Source of the DNA: Octopus sinensis
Lineage: Eukaryota
Direction: 5' to 3'
DNA: 64,000 nucleotides
Assembly: GCF_006345805.1 (NCBI RefSeq)
Contig: NC_042998.1
Coordinates: forward strand, 63,922,001 to 63,986,000
Below the pieces are notes generated by a model that did not search any database, was not told where the DNA came from, and saw only the letters and a list, made by a program, of their open reading frames with translations. Below, in pieces: positions 23,461 to 35,885 of the stretch (its first letter is position 1; every line of letters begins with the position of its first letter). Position numbers and translations under genes: made by a program.

Positions 23461-26400
23461 CATACACCTTACCTCGATGCTCCTACTGAACATCAGAGGA
23501 CTGCAAACACTCAGTAACAGGACAAAAATCCCGCTCTTGAGAGACATTGTCGCATGCAATCAAGTCTTATGAATAGCACTTACGGAAACGCACCTGAAAC
23601 CGGACCTAGCAGATGCGGAATTACACATACCACAGTATGTTGTACTACGGACCGACAGAAAAGAAAGGAGTCATGGAGGAGTTGCTATGTACATCCGTGA
23701 GGACCTCACACCCCGGGTCCTTTTGTCATACTCAAACTCGGTGTGTGACACACTAATTGTACACATAAGGCAACTTGATGTAGTTGTGTGTGCTACATAT
23801 CGCCCTCCAGATGCCCCAAGCCATGTAGGCAAGTTTGAAGACTGCCTTATAAAAATAGAAGAAGTTCTAATCACATTAAAACAACACATAAGTGTACTTC
23901 CCATGGGAGACTTCAATCTACCCAATGTCAGATGGCCTGAGGCCCATTCTCTCCCAGGAATGACAAGATGTGAACGAGGACAGGCGAGGTCCCTCCTGAA
24001 CCTCATCAACACCCTGTACATGGAGCAAGTAATACTCCAACCAACCAGGGCAGGTAATACACTGGATCTCTGCTTCACAAATAATATGGATCTCATCCAT
24101 AATGTGAAAGTGACACCGACACTACTCTCGGATCACAACATGGTAGAGCTGACCATGTACGGGCCAAAAGAGAGCACGGACATGCAGCCTACAAGAAACC
24201 CTCAGAATCTGTCCAGCTTGAACTACCATAAGGCAAACTGGAAACAAATTGAGAAAGAGATCCTCAAACAAAACTGGCCTAAATGTCTCTCCTCGCCAGA
24301 CATCGACGTGAAACTTCAACAATTCATGTCTGTAATGCAAGCCATATGCTACAAATGTGTCCCAGGGAGAAAGGCCACTGTACACAAGAAGAAAATTTTA
24401 ATGAGACGGCGTACAAGAGAGAAGAAAATTTTAATGAGACGGCGTACAAAAATTTCAAATCGCCTAAACAAACAGATTGAAAGCAGTGAAAAGTCCCGCC
24501 TGAGAATAAAACTGTTGGAAATTGAAAAATGTCTGCAACTCTCCCATGAAAAGGAAAGAGCAGACAAAGAAGCCTGGGCTATAGACAACATAAAATCTAA
24601 CCCCAGAGCTTTCTACAGGTATGCCAAAGAAACAGCTAGGGCGCACTGTAGGATAGGGCCACTCCTTGAAAAGGATGGCACACTTACATGAAAACCAATG
24701 AGGGTAAGTGAAATACTGAATGAGCAATTCAAGAGTGTTTTCACTCCACCCCTTGGGCATCTCCAAATCACCAATCCAACTGACTTCTTTACCACTGCAG
24801 ATATAAAATCAGAGGCGGCGACGATAGATTACATCGATATAAAGGAAGACGATGTTAATAAAGGCTATAGATGAAATGAAAACAGACTGAGCTACTGGCC
24901 CCGATGGATTCCCGGCAATCCTCCTAAAAGTATGTAAGAGAGTCCTAGCAAGACCACTGCAGTTCCTCTTTCAGAGCTTCCTTGCAGCTGGCAAACTTCC
25001 AAGAAAACTGAAGGAAGGTAAAATATGCCCCATTCATAAAGGAGGTAGCAGAGCGGAGGTCAAGAACTACAGACCTATCTCTCTGACCTCACACATCAGC
25101 AAGGTCATGGAACGAATAGTCAGAAGGAAACTGATCACCTTCCTTGAAGAAAATGACTTGCTGCCCGACACCCAACATGGTTCCGACCAGGGAGAAGCTG
25201 TTTAACTCAGCTCCTACAACACTATGACTGGGTGCTGAAACGGCTGCTCAACCACTCAAATGTGGAAGTGATATATCTCGACTTTGCAAAGGCCTTTGAT
25301 AAAGTCGATCATGGAATGATATGTCACAAACTGCGTGATCTCAACATAGTTGGAAAACTGGGAGAATGGCTTCATGACTTTCTGAAAGATAGAAGTCAGG
25401 TGGTAGTAGCCAACGGGGCCACTTCCATTAACACGCAAATAGTGAGCGGTGTTCCGCAGGGCACTGTTTTGGGACCACTACTGTTCATAATGGCCCTCTC
25501 AGATATGCCCTCAGCCACGCAGAGAGCCACGATCACAAGTTATGCAGATGATACAAAAGTTTCACAGGCAATACAGAACCCTGAGGACACTAAACGCCTG
25601 CAATGTGAGCTGGACAAAATATACAAGTGGGCTGAAAAGAATAGCATGCAGTTCAATGCTGAAAAGTTTCAAGCTTTATACTATCAGCATGCAAAACTAA
25701 ATGCAATACCCAATGAATACACTGGACCCGGAGGAATAGCAATCCCAGAGGCACAATCAGTGCGTGACCTGGGTATTTACATGAGTGATGACGCAATCTT
25801 TCGTGTACATGTTGCTAAATTGGCAATGAAATGTAGACGACTGGCCGGATGGATTCTCAGAACCTTTAGAACAAGAGAACAAGAAACCATGATGGTCCTC
25901 TGGAGGACACTTGTCCTAAGCCACTTTGACTATTGCTCTCAGTTATGGTCACCATCCAGTGTCAAGTTGATCACAGAACTCGAGGCGATCCAACGTAGCT
26001 ACACGAAGAAGATAGCCTCTATGCAGAATGTAAGCTACTGGGAAAGACTCAAGAGATTAAAACTATATTCCTTGGAGCGTAGGCGGGAAAGATATGCCAT
26101 AATATACATCTGGAAGATCCTGGAGGGACGTGTCCCAAACTTTGGCATTGAGAGTTACACAAATGCCAGAACTGAGCGCCACTGCGTGGTGCCTAGGACT
26201 CCAAGTTTGCCATCAAGATGTAGGACAAGATACTGTGATAGCCTGGGCTTCCGAGGCCCACAGCTCTTCAATATCCTCCCGAAGAACCTGAGAGACCTGC
26301 ATGGGGTGGATGCAGATGTCTTTAAAATGAAACTGGACCTCTTCCTGTGAGGTGTCCCAGATGAACCAACTTCACGGCAGGAGGTGCAGATGAGGGCAGC

Positions 26401-26531
26401 TGCATCGAACTCCCTCATGCACCAAATGGCAGTCGCTAAAAAGCTTTCGTGAAGTAAAACCATGTAGCAACACCAAATGGCGGTGCCCCAGCATGGCCAC
26501 AGCTCATGAGCTGAAACTAAAATCAATCAAT

Positions 26532-26535
<4 letters not shown>
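23461..26535 (+). mobile_element. CR1-clade non-LTR retrotransposon, near-complete ORF2 (AP endonuclease + RT), disabled
   Basis: ATG at 23477 (MLLLNIRGL..TETHL..RTDR..GGVAMY..YRPPD..GDFN..LDLCFTN..SDH); RT motifs NYRPISLTS, YLDFAKAFDKV, SGVPQGTVLGP, SYADDTK; C-terminal SLERRRER. Stops at 23570, 24689, ~24887 and 26348; frameshifts at ~24855 and ~25180; (AATC)n tail. Confidence 0.95.
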
Positions 26536-26607
<72 letters not shown>

Positions 26608-26609
26608 TC

Positions 26610-26880
26610 GTGTATCAGTCTCCGCCAACACTTCTTGACAACTGATGCTGGGGTGTTTACGTCGCCGTGACGTAAATTTCAGAATCCCGATATTTGACAA
26701 ATTCACGTCCTTGTAGCGTAGCTGTTCGGCATAAGAGATTGATAGAATAAGTACTAGCCGTAATAATAAAGTACAGGTGTCGTTTTCTTCCAGTAAAAAA
26801 AGAAATAAAACAAAATAAAACAAAAAAAAAAAACTTTAATGGCTGCAGTCAAATGAGTGCAACAATTAATAGAATAAAAT
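26610..26880 (+). mobile_element. SINE type A, 3' half (diverged)
   Basis: ttgacaactgatgctgggg...gatagaataagtactag...atggctgcagtcaaatgagtgcaac. Confidence 0.75.
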
Positions 26881-27356
26881 AATATATATGGCTTATATGT
26901 GTGTTAGTGTGTGAATGTCTTTGTTTTTCTCAGTCAATTATTAGACTACGAGAAACGATCGTTGCCAAACCTTGTATTCATTTTCCATGGAAAATATTTA
27001 TTTTACCGAAAATGTCATTTGGTGAATGCTTGGACAGGCCACTACAACTTCTAATAAGATAGATTCAGCAGAAAGACTAGACATCATAGAAATATTCGAT
27101 AAATATCTCATCGATTGTCTATAAGCACCTATGTAAGAAAGGGGAAAAATTGTTAGATTATGTACTGCTAGCTATGTTTGAAAATAAAACAGGATGATTA
27201 AGCCGGGTCACTTTCAAAATCAGTTTGATTGATTTCATCGAAAGTTATTAAAATGCATCGCCATAAATAATAAGTCCAGAAGAAATATTTATCAATGTAA
27301 AATTAAAATGTTAATGAAAACTCAAATGCAGCTCTCGTGCATACTACTTATATTTA

Positions 27357-27755
27357 AAGGCGGCGAGCTGGCAGAATCGTTAGCACGCCAGGCGAAATGC
27401 CTAGCAGTATTTTGTCTGCCGTTTCATTCTGAGTTCAAATTCCGCCGGGGTCGACTTTGCCTTTCATCCTTTCGTGTTCGATTAAATAAGTACCATTTAC
27501 GCACTGGGGTCGATATAAACGACTTGATCCGTTTGTCTGTCCTTGTTTGTCCCCTCTGTGTTTAGCCCCTTATGGGTAGTAAAGAAATGGGTATTTGTCT
27601 GCTGTTACGTTCTGAGTTGAAATTCCTCCGAGGTCGACTTAGCTTTTCATCGTTTCGGCTTCGATAAATTTAGTACCGGTTGCGTACTAGGGTCGATCTA
27701 ATAGAGTGGCCCCCTCCCGCAAAATGCGGGCCTTGCGCCTAGAGTAGAAATAAAT
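27357..27755 (+). mobile_element. SINE type B dimer (tail 1 unit followed by a headless tail 2 unit)
   Basis: Junction aaagaaatg-ggtatttgtctg at ~27590. Confidence 0.9.
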
Positions 27756-27768
27756 ATTTCTAAATAAC

Positions 27769-28565
27769 TACGAGGTGCTATCAAAATGTTCCCAATGTAG
27801 TCTTGTTTAATGTAAAAGAAAAACAAAGAAAAAAACTTCTCCATAGAAATAGCTAACTTGAGCAGCACTACGCCGGTCCCTGCTTTCCTGGGTTTTCTGT
27901 AAGCGAGTTGTGGACCTTCCGACATTCATGCTAGACGTCGACAACAGCTGCATTTTCATCTCAGTGAAGCTTGCATGTGTTAAATCTGGCGAACAGAATG
28001 GGTGGGGAAGCGATGTTGTTTTTGGCGAAAAACTAAGGAATAAGGAGAGCTCGATGACGGTGCACATTGTCGTGGTGAACAATGCAATACCTCGCTCTCC
28101 CCCGAATGTTCTCCCTCAAACGCTTCCAAACATCGCAAAATAACTCATGATTGACGGTCTGGCTCTGAGGGACAAATTTTCGATGTACAATACCACATTT
28201 CCGAGAGTCACACTCGTGGCAGTTCTTCCAGATTGCTAATCGTCATCCAAGCAAGTTCTTTTGAAATATTGCGTACGATCCATTGTTTCATCGATGTAAA
28301 CTTGCCAAAGCATGCTCGGTGTCTCTGTAGCAGACGTCCCAAGTTTAACGCAAAATTTCACGTTGGCTCTATGTTCCTGTCTATCAGATCTTATATCTGA
28401 CCACAAAAACGTAAATTTCACAACTTGCAAAGTAAACACAGCGATGTCCCTCGGCACCCTGTCTCATGTATGTAACTGCTAGCTCTCAGCTCACATGCAA
28501 AAGTGTGCTGACATCTGTTGGCGTGCTACAGAACTAGTAAGGGAACTTTTTGATACTACTTCATA
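27769..28565 (-). mobile_element. Internally deleted mariner with both TIRs
   Basis: TA-cgaggtgctatcaaaatgttcccaatgtagt versus actagtaagggaactttttgatactacttca-TA; minus strand has EHRANVKFCVKLG..ATET (N-terminus) and GIVHRKFVPQSQTVN..VHHDN..FFAKNN (catalytic region). Confidence 0.88.
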
Positions 28566-28790
28566 TATCAAAGTATGTGTGTTTGACAGTACTGATATGG
28601 ATTACCGAAACAAATGAATTTTAGATAGCGATGTGATGTGTGTAATTTTCACTGAACAAGATTTTATGGGTGTCATGAGCATATATATAGGAAATAGTTA
28701 TATAAAATGTTGACAGTAAACATAAATATACGTGGGAACTTGATTCGGAACATTCTGAATAGAATTTGATTAAATTTCTTAAATTATTTC

Positions 28791-28925
28791 ACGGCAGGCT
28801 TGGCTGTTGGTTAAGAAGCTTGCTTCCCAGTCACATGGTTCTGGGTGCGTGACACCTTCGGCAAATATCTTCGAATATTACCTCGAGCTGACGAAATCCT
28901 TGTAATTGGATTTGGTAAACGGATC
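28791..28925 (+). mobile_element. SINE type A, 5' fragment
   Basis: ggcaggcttggctgttggttaagaagcttgcttccca...ggatttggtaaacgg. Confidence 0.7.
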
Positions 28926-28939
28926 TATTTCAAAGTTAT

Positions 28940-29490
28940 ACAAAAGTTCGTAGTAGCTTACCAGCCTTGGTATCCTACTAGTGTCAATTTCCTTGACCCA
29001 GTACTGAACATAATCCTCGTAATCTTTCAGTCTCTATATGTATTTTGGGTCCACCACGTCACAATTAAAGTGCAAGGGTGTCCCAGCGCATTTTGCAGCG
29101 TTTGACCTTATTAGCATGTCCCAAGTGTCTTATCTTTTTAACAAGCTTAACAGTGGATTCATCATATAATACAAAATATTTTTCCTCATAGGGTGGGGGT
29201 TGGGAAGTTTGGGGGCTCCTGTGTGATTGTGCTCATCTTTTCAGTGTCAGTTGAGGCAGCAATAGGGTTGGTGTCTGTAGGGGAATGGTGGGACTGAGTA
29301 GATTTGGGTGGGAGTCGAGTGGGTGTGTGATGGGAGCCAACATTTAGGGAATGTGCTTCTCCATTTTCTGCTTTTTCCTGCTGTTTATTATCCATTTCTT
29401 TCTTTGCTTTCACCATCATTCTCGGTGGTAATACTGGTTTCCGCTGGCGGTGGAGTTGCAGTTTCATTCCGGCTCTCAGGCTCCTCTTGT
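28940..29490 (-). mobile_element. Decayed retroelement ORF1-like fragment
   Basis: GC-richer island; P/T/S/E-rich minus-strand reading (ORF 29186-29503) followed by GTPLHFNCDVVDPKYI*RLKDY..WVKEID; assignment from recall only. Confidence 0.35.
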
Positions 29491-29662
29491 GGCTAAGCAG
29501 CATTTCGCCGGTCGCTACGTTCTGAGTTCAAATGTCACCTAGGTCGACTTTTCATAATTTCGGGTGCCATAAATTAAGTACCAGATACGTAGTGGTGTCG
29601 ATGTAATCGACTAGCCGCCACCACCTAAATTCAGGCCTTGTGCCTATAGTAGAAAGGATTAT
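29490..29662 (+). mobile_element. SINE type B, headless, tail 2
   Basis: Core and tail ggccttgtgcctatagtagaaaggatt. Confidence 0.8.
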
Positions 29663-29829
29663 GTGATTTGCAAGGAAAGAGACTCGAGATCTGGAAATTG
29701 AAATGCGTGGGAAATATAAATGAAACCATAATGCTATAGGTCAAAATGGTTGCACATTAATAGTATCAAATTTATTTCATAAGCAGCTCGAAATATTTAT
29801 TTCATTATAATGTCAGTGTTGTTATTGAT

Positions 29830-30196
29830 AGTGGAGGCGCAATGGCCCAGATGTTAGGACAGTGGACTCGCGGTCGTAGGATCACGGTTTCGATTCCCAG
29901 ACTGTTGTGAGTGTTTATTGACTGAAAACATTTAAAGCTCCACGAGACTCCGGAAGACAGTGGGGACCAATCGTGCTGTTCTCTTTCACCACAACTTTAT
30001 CTCACTCTTTCCTCCTGTTTCTGTTATATCTGTATTTCAAAGGGCCAGCCTTGTCACACTCAATCTCCCCAAGAATTACATTAAGGGTACACGTGTCTGT
30101 GAAGTGCTCAACCACATGCACTCTAATTTCACGAGCAGGCTGTTCCGTTGATCGGATCAACGGGTACGCACGTTGTCGCAACAGGCGGAGTGCCAC
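29830..30196 (+). mobile_element. SINE type C, tail 1
   Basis: gtggaggcgcaatggcccag...gtttcgattccc...gagtgccac. Confidence 0.9.
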
Positions 30197-30744
30197 GTGT
30201 TATTGATAGTATTATTGTATTGTGCAACCAAAGTTCAACACCAATCGAATGGACATAAGTTCGACTCATATCTGTTTTCAGATTTCATGTACTACAACAT
30301 GAATTTTTAAATAGTGGTTGTGTTGTTGTTTCAGGAAGGGTGCCCCACCGCATAAATGTTTTGATGTGTGTTCTACAAATGTAACTGATTTCTTGCGCAT
30401 CATATAGCAAAGAACATGTTTTTCTTATTATCACTGCGTATTTTCGTTTATTCCAGACAGAAATCATATTAATTCAAATAAGACAAACGGATGGGGTAAA
30501 AATGATGAATCTTCGGAAATATAGCCAAAGATCCTCCAATATTTGATTTCAGATTACACCTTATTCATTTAAAATTTCAAGTCTGCCACCTAAACACCCC
30601 AAGACACTAATAAAGAGAATTTAATAAAATGAACCTTAAGAAATAATGGCGAGGAATATACAAAACTACAAAAGATATTACCGAGGAATGCATTCATGAC
30701 TAAACTTATAAAAAAAGAAGCCTGTTTAAATTAGCCATATTATT

Positions 30745-30925
30745 TATTTCTTTATTGCCCACAGGAGGCTAAACATAGACGGGACACAGAAAAGGATTAA
30801 GTCGAGTACATCGACTTAAGGATTAAGTCGAGTGCATAACTGGTACTTATTTAACCGACCCCGAAAGGATGAAAAGTAAAGTCGACCTCAGCGGAATTTG
30901 AACTCAGAATGTAACGGCAGGCGAC
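30745..30925 (-). mobile_element. SINE type B
   Basis: Reverse-complement core; internal duplication of ggattaagtcgagt. Confidence 0.85.
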
Positions 30926-31343
30926 ATACCGATAGGAAGTGATATATTAATAACTACTCAGTTGGGTATGGCGCATACCTCAAAGACAAGATTATGCATT
31001 GCTAAATTGTTTGTTAGAAATTTCTTCATTGTGATGTATTATGTTGATGATACATCGATTAAAGCAATCATCCCAACAAGTATACAAGAGATATTGGAAG
31101 ACTACGACGACAGAAAATCTTTATGTTTGAAACAAATTATTATTTCTTTTTTCTAATTTTGGTTTACTATAAAATTAGATCTGTTACAGAAAATAACATC
31201 AAAAATATACGCTCCGTTATTAATCCACATGAGACAATGTCCTGGCTTAGCGATTGCCTACACAGAACCAATTATATGCTAGTGTTACGGATCATATTAA
31301 TAGAGAAAAGCTTTCAATTTTAATGTTTGAAATATTATACAGA

Positions 31344-31584
31344 TTAAATGTAACGCTGGAAAATTAATTTGAAACTTTCATTAATTTTCAACTTATTAAG
31401 TGTGTTATCATTTCCTTCGTCCGAAAAAATCATTAGAATAATATGTTTTCGATATTTGTCTCGGTTCTTTATGTTCCAAGTTATAATGTCATCGTGGCAA
31501 ACTTTGCTTTTCATAAATCCGCTATCGACACAAATAGAGCAACAGTGAAACAATTCCACCTCCCTGAAACTACTGTTCACGAAC
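31344..31584 (-). CDS. Candidate terminal exon, product unknown
   Basis: tttccaatttag acceptor; 80 open codons FVNSSFREVELFHCCSICVDSG...QRYI*; could instead be antisense of a fossil HTH transposase. Confidence 0.2.
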
Positions 31585-31834
31585 CTAAATTGGAAATATT
31601 TAATTAACTTTGTATTCAGGAATATGTTAGTGTATATTCTGAATTAGAGTTGCTTTATGTTGACAATAATTCTATTGGTAATAATATATATCTTAAGTTA
31701 GCTGAAACAATTTTCTTAAACTGAATACCTAAGGATATATAGCAAACGAGTCCAATGATTAGATTTTCGTAACTACTTCAAACACGACCAATGTTATTTG
31801 GAATTAATATAAGGTTATTAATGTTGCAACTAAC

Positions 31835-31972
31835 CAGCTGCAATAACAGAAACCTCGTGTATGTCCATTGAGGATGAACACTATAATACTGTACATTACT
31901 AGTTCAACGTCTCTGTTATCCACAATTTTGGTCATATTGATAATACATTTAGTAGTTAATTCCAAATCTAAT
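31835..31972 (-). CDS. Candidate exon (138 nt, phase 2-2)
   Basis: ttcttcgttttatag acceptor and ctg|gttagt donor; open frame LDLELTTKCIINMTKIVDNRDVELVMYSIIVFILNGHTRGFCYCS. Confidence 0.22.
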
Positions 31973-32397
31973 CTATAAAACGAAGAATGCGAACGTTGAT
32001 ACAAAATGGATTTTTGTGTAAAAAGGGATCTAAATGGGGCTGGAAAAGGATTAAAATTTACAGGAGGAGGTAACTTGAGGTGAGAAATTGATCGGGACAC
32101 GTTTTGGAGTATTACAGCGGTTACTTTGGTTTGAAAATGGGGATTTTATTGATATTTGGGGACACTTGGGGTTCTAGATTGGACACCTTTTGCCCGATTT
32201 CAAGAGTCTTAACCTCACAACCATGTATGTGTGTGTATTTGTAATAATATGTATGTAATCTAGAAAAAAGATATAATGCAAGATCGACTCTGACCCAAAT
32301 TGAACCCGTAAACATTTTTATTAAAATTACATTTTCAAGGAATAAGGTACAACTATTATCTTACATTTTCCAAAACAATCTTTTAGTGTGTATGTCT

Positions 32398-32815
32398 TTA
32401 TTTCTTCACTGCCCACAGGAGGCTAAATATAGAGGGGACAACAAAGGGCAGACAAAGAGATTAAGTCGATTACATCGACTCCACTGCGTAACTGGTACTT
32501 ATAAAATCGACCCCGAAAAGATGAAAGGCAAAGTCGACTTTGGCGGAATTTGAACTCAGAACGTAACGGCAGACGAAATACCTATTTCTTTATTACCCAC
32601 AAGGGGCTAAACACAGAGGGGACAAGCAAGGACAGACACAGGTATTAAGTCGATTACATCGACCCCAGTGCGTAACTGGTACTTAATTTATCGACCCCGA
32701 AAGGATGAAAGGCAAAGTCGACCTCGGCGGAATTTGAACTCACAACGTAACGCAGACGAAATACCGCCAAGCGTTTCGCCCGGCGCGTTAACGTTTCTGC
32801 CAACTCGCCTAGCGT
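32398..32815 (-). mobile_element. SINE type B dimer
   Basis: Junction cgaaatacctatttcttt at 32574-32591. Confidence 0.92.
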
Positions 32816-33477
32816 GTATATCTTACCAATATTCGACTGCCATTCCATAATAACAGTAATTAAACTACTGCATTTAGTTCACGACTATGCTAACCTAGAA
32901 AACTTAGAGCGAGAAGTGTAAAGTTTCTGTCAATATTCAACGTAAATATAACCTGACATTTAGGAGAAAAGAATCTCTAAAGTAATTAAACATTTCTTAT
33001 AGAATTATCAAGAGGGCAAGATGGCTCCAGGTTTCTTGGAATTATTTGCAATGTAACAAACACAATATTGTCAGAGTAATTAGTGCCATAAATATAATTA
33101 GAACATATGGATTACTATAATTCTATCATCAATAACTCAGACTTCGATTTTGTTATAAATCTGCAGAGCTTTCTAAGTTGCAGTGATTTGCATCTGATAC
33201 ATATATAAATATAATAAATTGAAAAGTGTTCATCACACGAAAGCCTCCTAATATTAGAATAGTGTGGAGGGAATCTCATGCTATCAACTATAAATCAGAT
33301 GTTGTTTTATTTTGTTAGACTCGTGGGACTAAGCAATGCTTTAATCTCTTCAATAATTTATACTAATATACATAAAGTCCTGACAAAAGTCGGCCAAGGT
33401 TACATATGGATGTACGTAGGTAATAAAGTCTGTATTTCTACGGCTTTTATCCCTTGAGCTAAACAGACTTCTTTAAT

Positions 33478-34008
33478 TTTTTTATTTGTTTCAGTCATCT
33501 GACTGCAATCATGCTGGAGCAGAGCCTTTAGTCGAATATATCCTCTCCAAGCCTTATTCTTTGTAAGCCTAGTACTATCGGTCTGTTTTGCCGAACAGCT
33601 AAGTTGTTACGGGAAGTTAACCTCTCTGTCTATATATCTACCCTCTTTGTAATGTTGGCAAATGAAATAAGTATAAGAATGTGCATTGACCGTTTAATTT
33701 AAAAAATCTGTATGTGGTTGAAGATTGCTCGACATTTTAAAACTGATGTAATACTTTCAGTGTTTAATAAAATGAAGTAGCATGAAACAATTGTACTACA
33801 CTAACTTGGATATCCTTGTTGCATATTTTGATTATATATATATACGACAGGATTCTTTCAGTTTCTGTCTACAAATCCACTCATAAGGCATTGGTCGGCC
33901 CGAGGCTATAGTAGTGGGCACTTGCCTAAGTTTCCACGCAGTGCGAGTGAACCCGGAGCCATGTGGTTGTTAAGCGAGCTACTTACCACAAATCCACTTC
34001 TGCGCCTA
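33478..34008 (-). mobile_element. SINE type A interrupted by ~230 bp of other sequence
   Basis: Tail at 33478-33615 and head at 33843-34008 in the same orientation. Confidence 0.8.
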
Positions 34009-34069
34009 TGGTTATTGTTATTTCTGTTTGCTGTTGTGTCTCTCTTCATTTGTCTATTACAAACGTACG

Positions 34070-34075
34070 TACATG

Positions 34076-34107
<32 letters not shown>

Positions 34108-34315
34108 TGTATGTATGTATGTATGTATGTATGTATGTATGTATGTATGTATGTATATATATATATATATATATGTATGCACGTATGTGTGTACGTATGT
34201 ATGTATACATGTATATATGTATGTATGCATGTATGTATGCATGTATGTATGCATGTATGTATGTATGTATGCATCCATGTATGTATGTATATATGTATAT
34301 ATGTATGTATGTATG

Positions 34316-34349
<34 letters not shown>

Positions 34350-34390
34350 TGTATGTATGTATGTATGTATGTATGTATGTATGTATATGT
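34070..34390. repeat. (TATG)n tetranucleotide array
   Basis: Direct reading. Confidence 0.97.
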
Positions 34391-34464
34391 TAATTTCTTT
34401 AAACGGGTATCTCCATATGCGTTAATAGAAATCTTTAGCAGCAATATGTATGGAATCTAACAAC

Positions 34465-34632
34465 ACAGTTCTATATTTAAGAGATGAGGAATTATGTACA
34501 TTATTTACATTTGACGGATATTTGCCCTCATCTTGTTTGTTTTTAACACAACGTTTCGGCTGATATCAGCCGAAACGTTGTGTTAACAACAAACAAGACT
34601 AGGACGAATATCCGTCAAATGTAAATAATGTA
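34465..34632. mobile_element. SINE type D tail fused head-to-head into a 136-bp palindrome
   Basis: 34497-34632 is self-complementary around GAT|ATC (34564/34565) with few mismatches. Confidence 0.9.
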
Positions 34633-34860
34633 AATCTAAAAATGCTTAAATTTTAAAAGGTTATCAACAAGTACAGATAAATGACTGTGGTAGTTTGATT
34701 TAATATGCTCCCATTTGTAATAATTACGTCAGGGTATGAATGTTTTGTGCTAATTTGTTTGAAATTGGTTTAAATGGAAACACTTCCATACAGCATACTT
34801 ACCCGTACGTTATGATGCTGACCATACATATTTTTTTGTAATAGAATATAAAATAATTTG

Positions 34861-35243
34861 GTGGTGACACAATGGCCCAGTGGTTAGGGCAGCGGACTCG
34901 CGGTCGTAGAATCACGGTTTCGATTCCCAGACCGGGCGTTGTGAGTGTTTTTTGAGCGAAAACACCTAAAGCCTCACGAGGCTCCTGCAGGATGTGCTGG
35001 TCAACCCTGGTGCACTTTTTCACCACAACTTTCTCTCACTCACACTTCCTGTTTCTGCTGTACCTGTATTTGAAAGGGCCAGCCTTGCCACAGATTGTGT
35101 CAGGCTGATTCCCCTCTGAGATCTACGTTAAGGGTACATGTGTCTGTGGAGTGCTCAGCCACTTGCACGTTAATTTCACGGACAGGTTGTTCCGTTGTTC
35201 GGATCAACTGGATCTCTCGTCGTCGCAACCGAGTGTGTGACAC
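34861..35243 (+). mobile_element. SINE type C, tail 1
   Basis: aatggcccagtggttagggcagcggactcgcggtcgtagaatcacggtttcgattccc... Confidence 0.92.
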
Positions 35244-35647
35244 AAAAATACACAAGAAATAAAATATTTGCAATCACATCTACACATCTTTCTCAATAGT
35301 ACTAACACTCACTCTGAAATATGTACGCATACACATACACCCACTCATATATTTACACATATACACAGCTACTCGTGTGCCGTTGGCGATTTCTTCTCTA
35401 TCTTTGGGGACTGGTCCCTGTCTTCTTTCCGACGAAAAGCTATGCTCTAAACGTCAAATTATTTCCATTCACTGAGCGTCAAGCAAATACATTTCTTAAG
35501 CGCGTCCTCACGTTCGATGTTTTTGTTTTGACGAAATTGTTTTTTCAATTGAATTGACTAATGTATATCTATACCTGAGTAAGTAAATACATGTGAAACA
35601 AGGTGGAAAAAAAGAGTACTCAAATACCAGATGTAGAGTAATACCAG

Positions 35648-35649
<2 letters not shown>

Positions 35650-35746
<97 letters not shown>

Positions 35747-35762
35747 TATATATATATGTATG

Positions 35763-35805
<43 letters not shown>

Positions 35806-35821
35806 CTCTCTGTCTCTCTCT

Positions 35822-35856
<35 letters not shown>

Positions 35857-35885
35857 ATATATATACATAAATACGTACATACATA
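35650..35885. repeat. (TA)n(TC)n microsatellite
   Basis: Direct reading. Confidence 0.95.

Noticed and set aside
23461-26535. Active CR1 element
   Set aside because: At least four in-frame stops and two frameshifts in ORF2; ORF1 and 5' UTR absent
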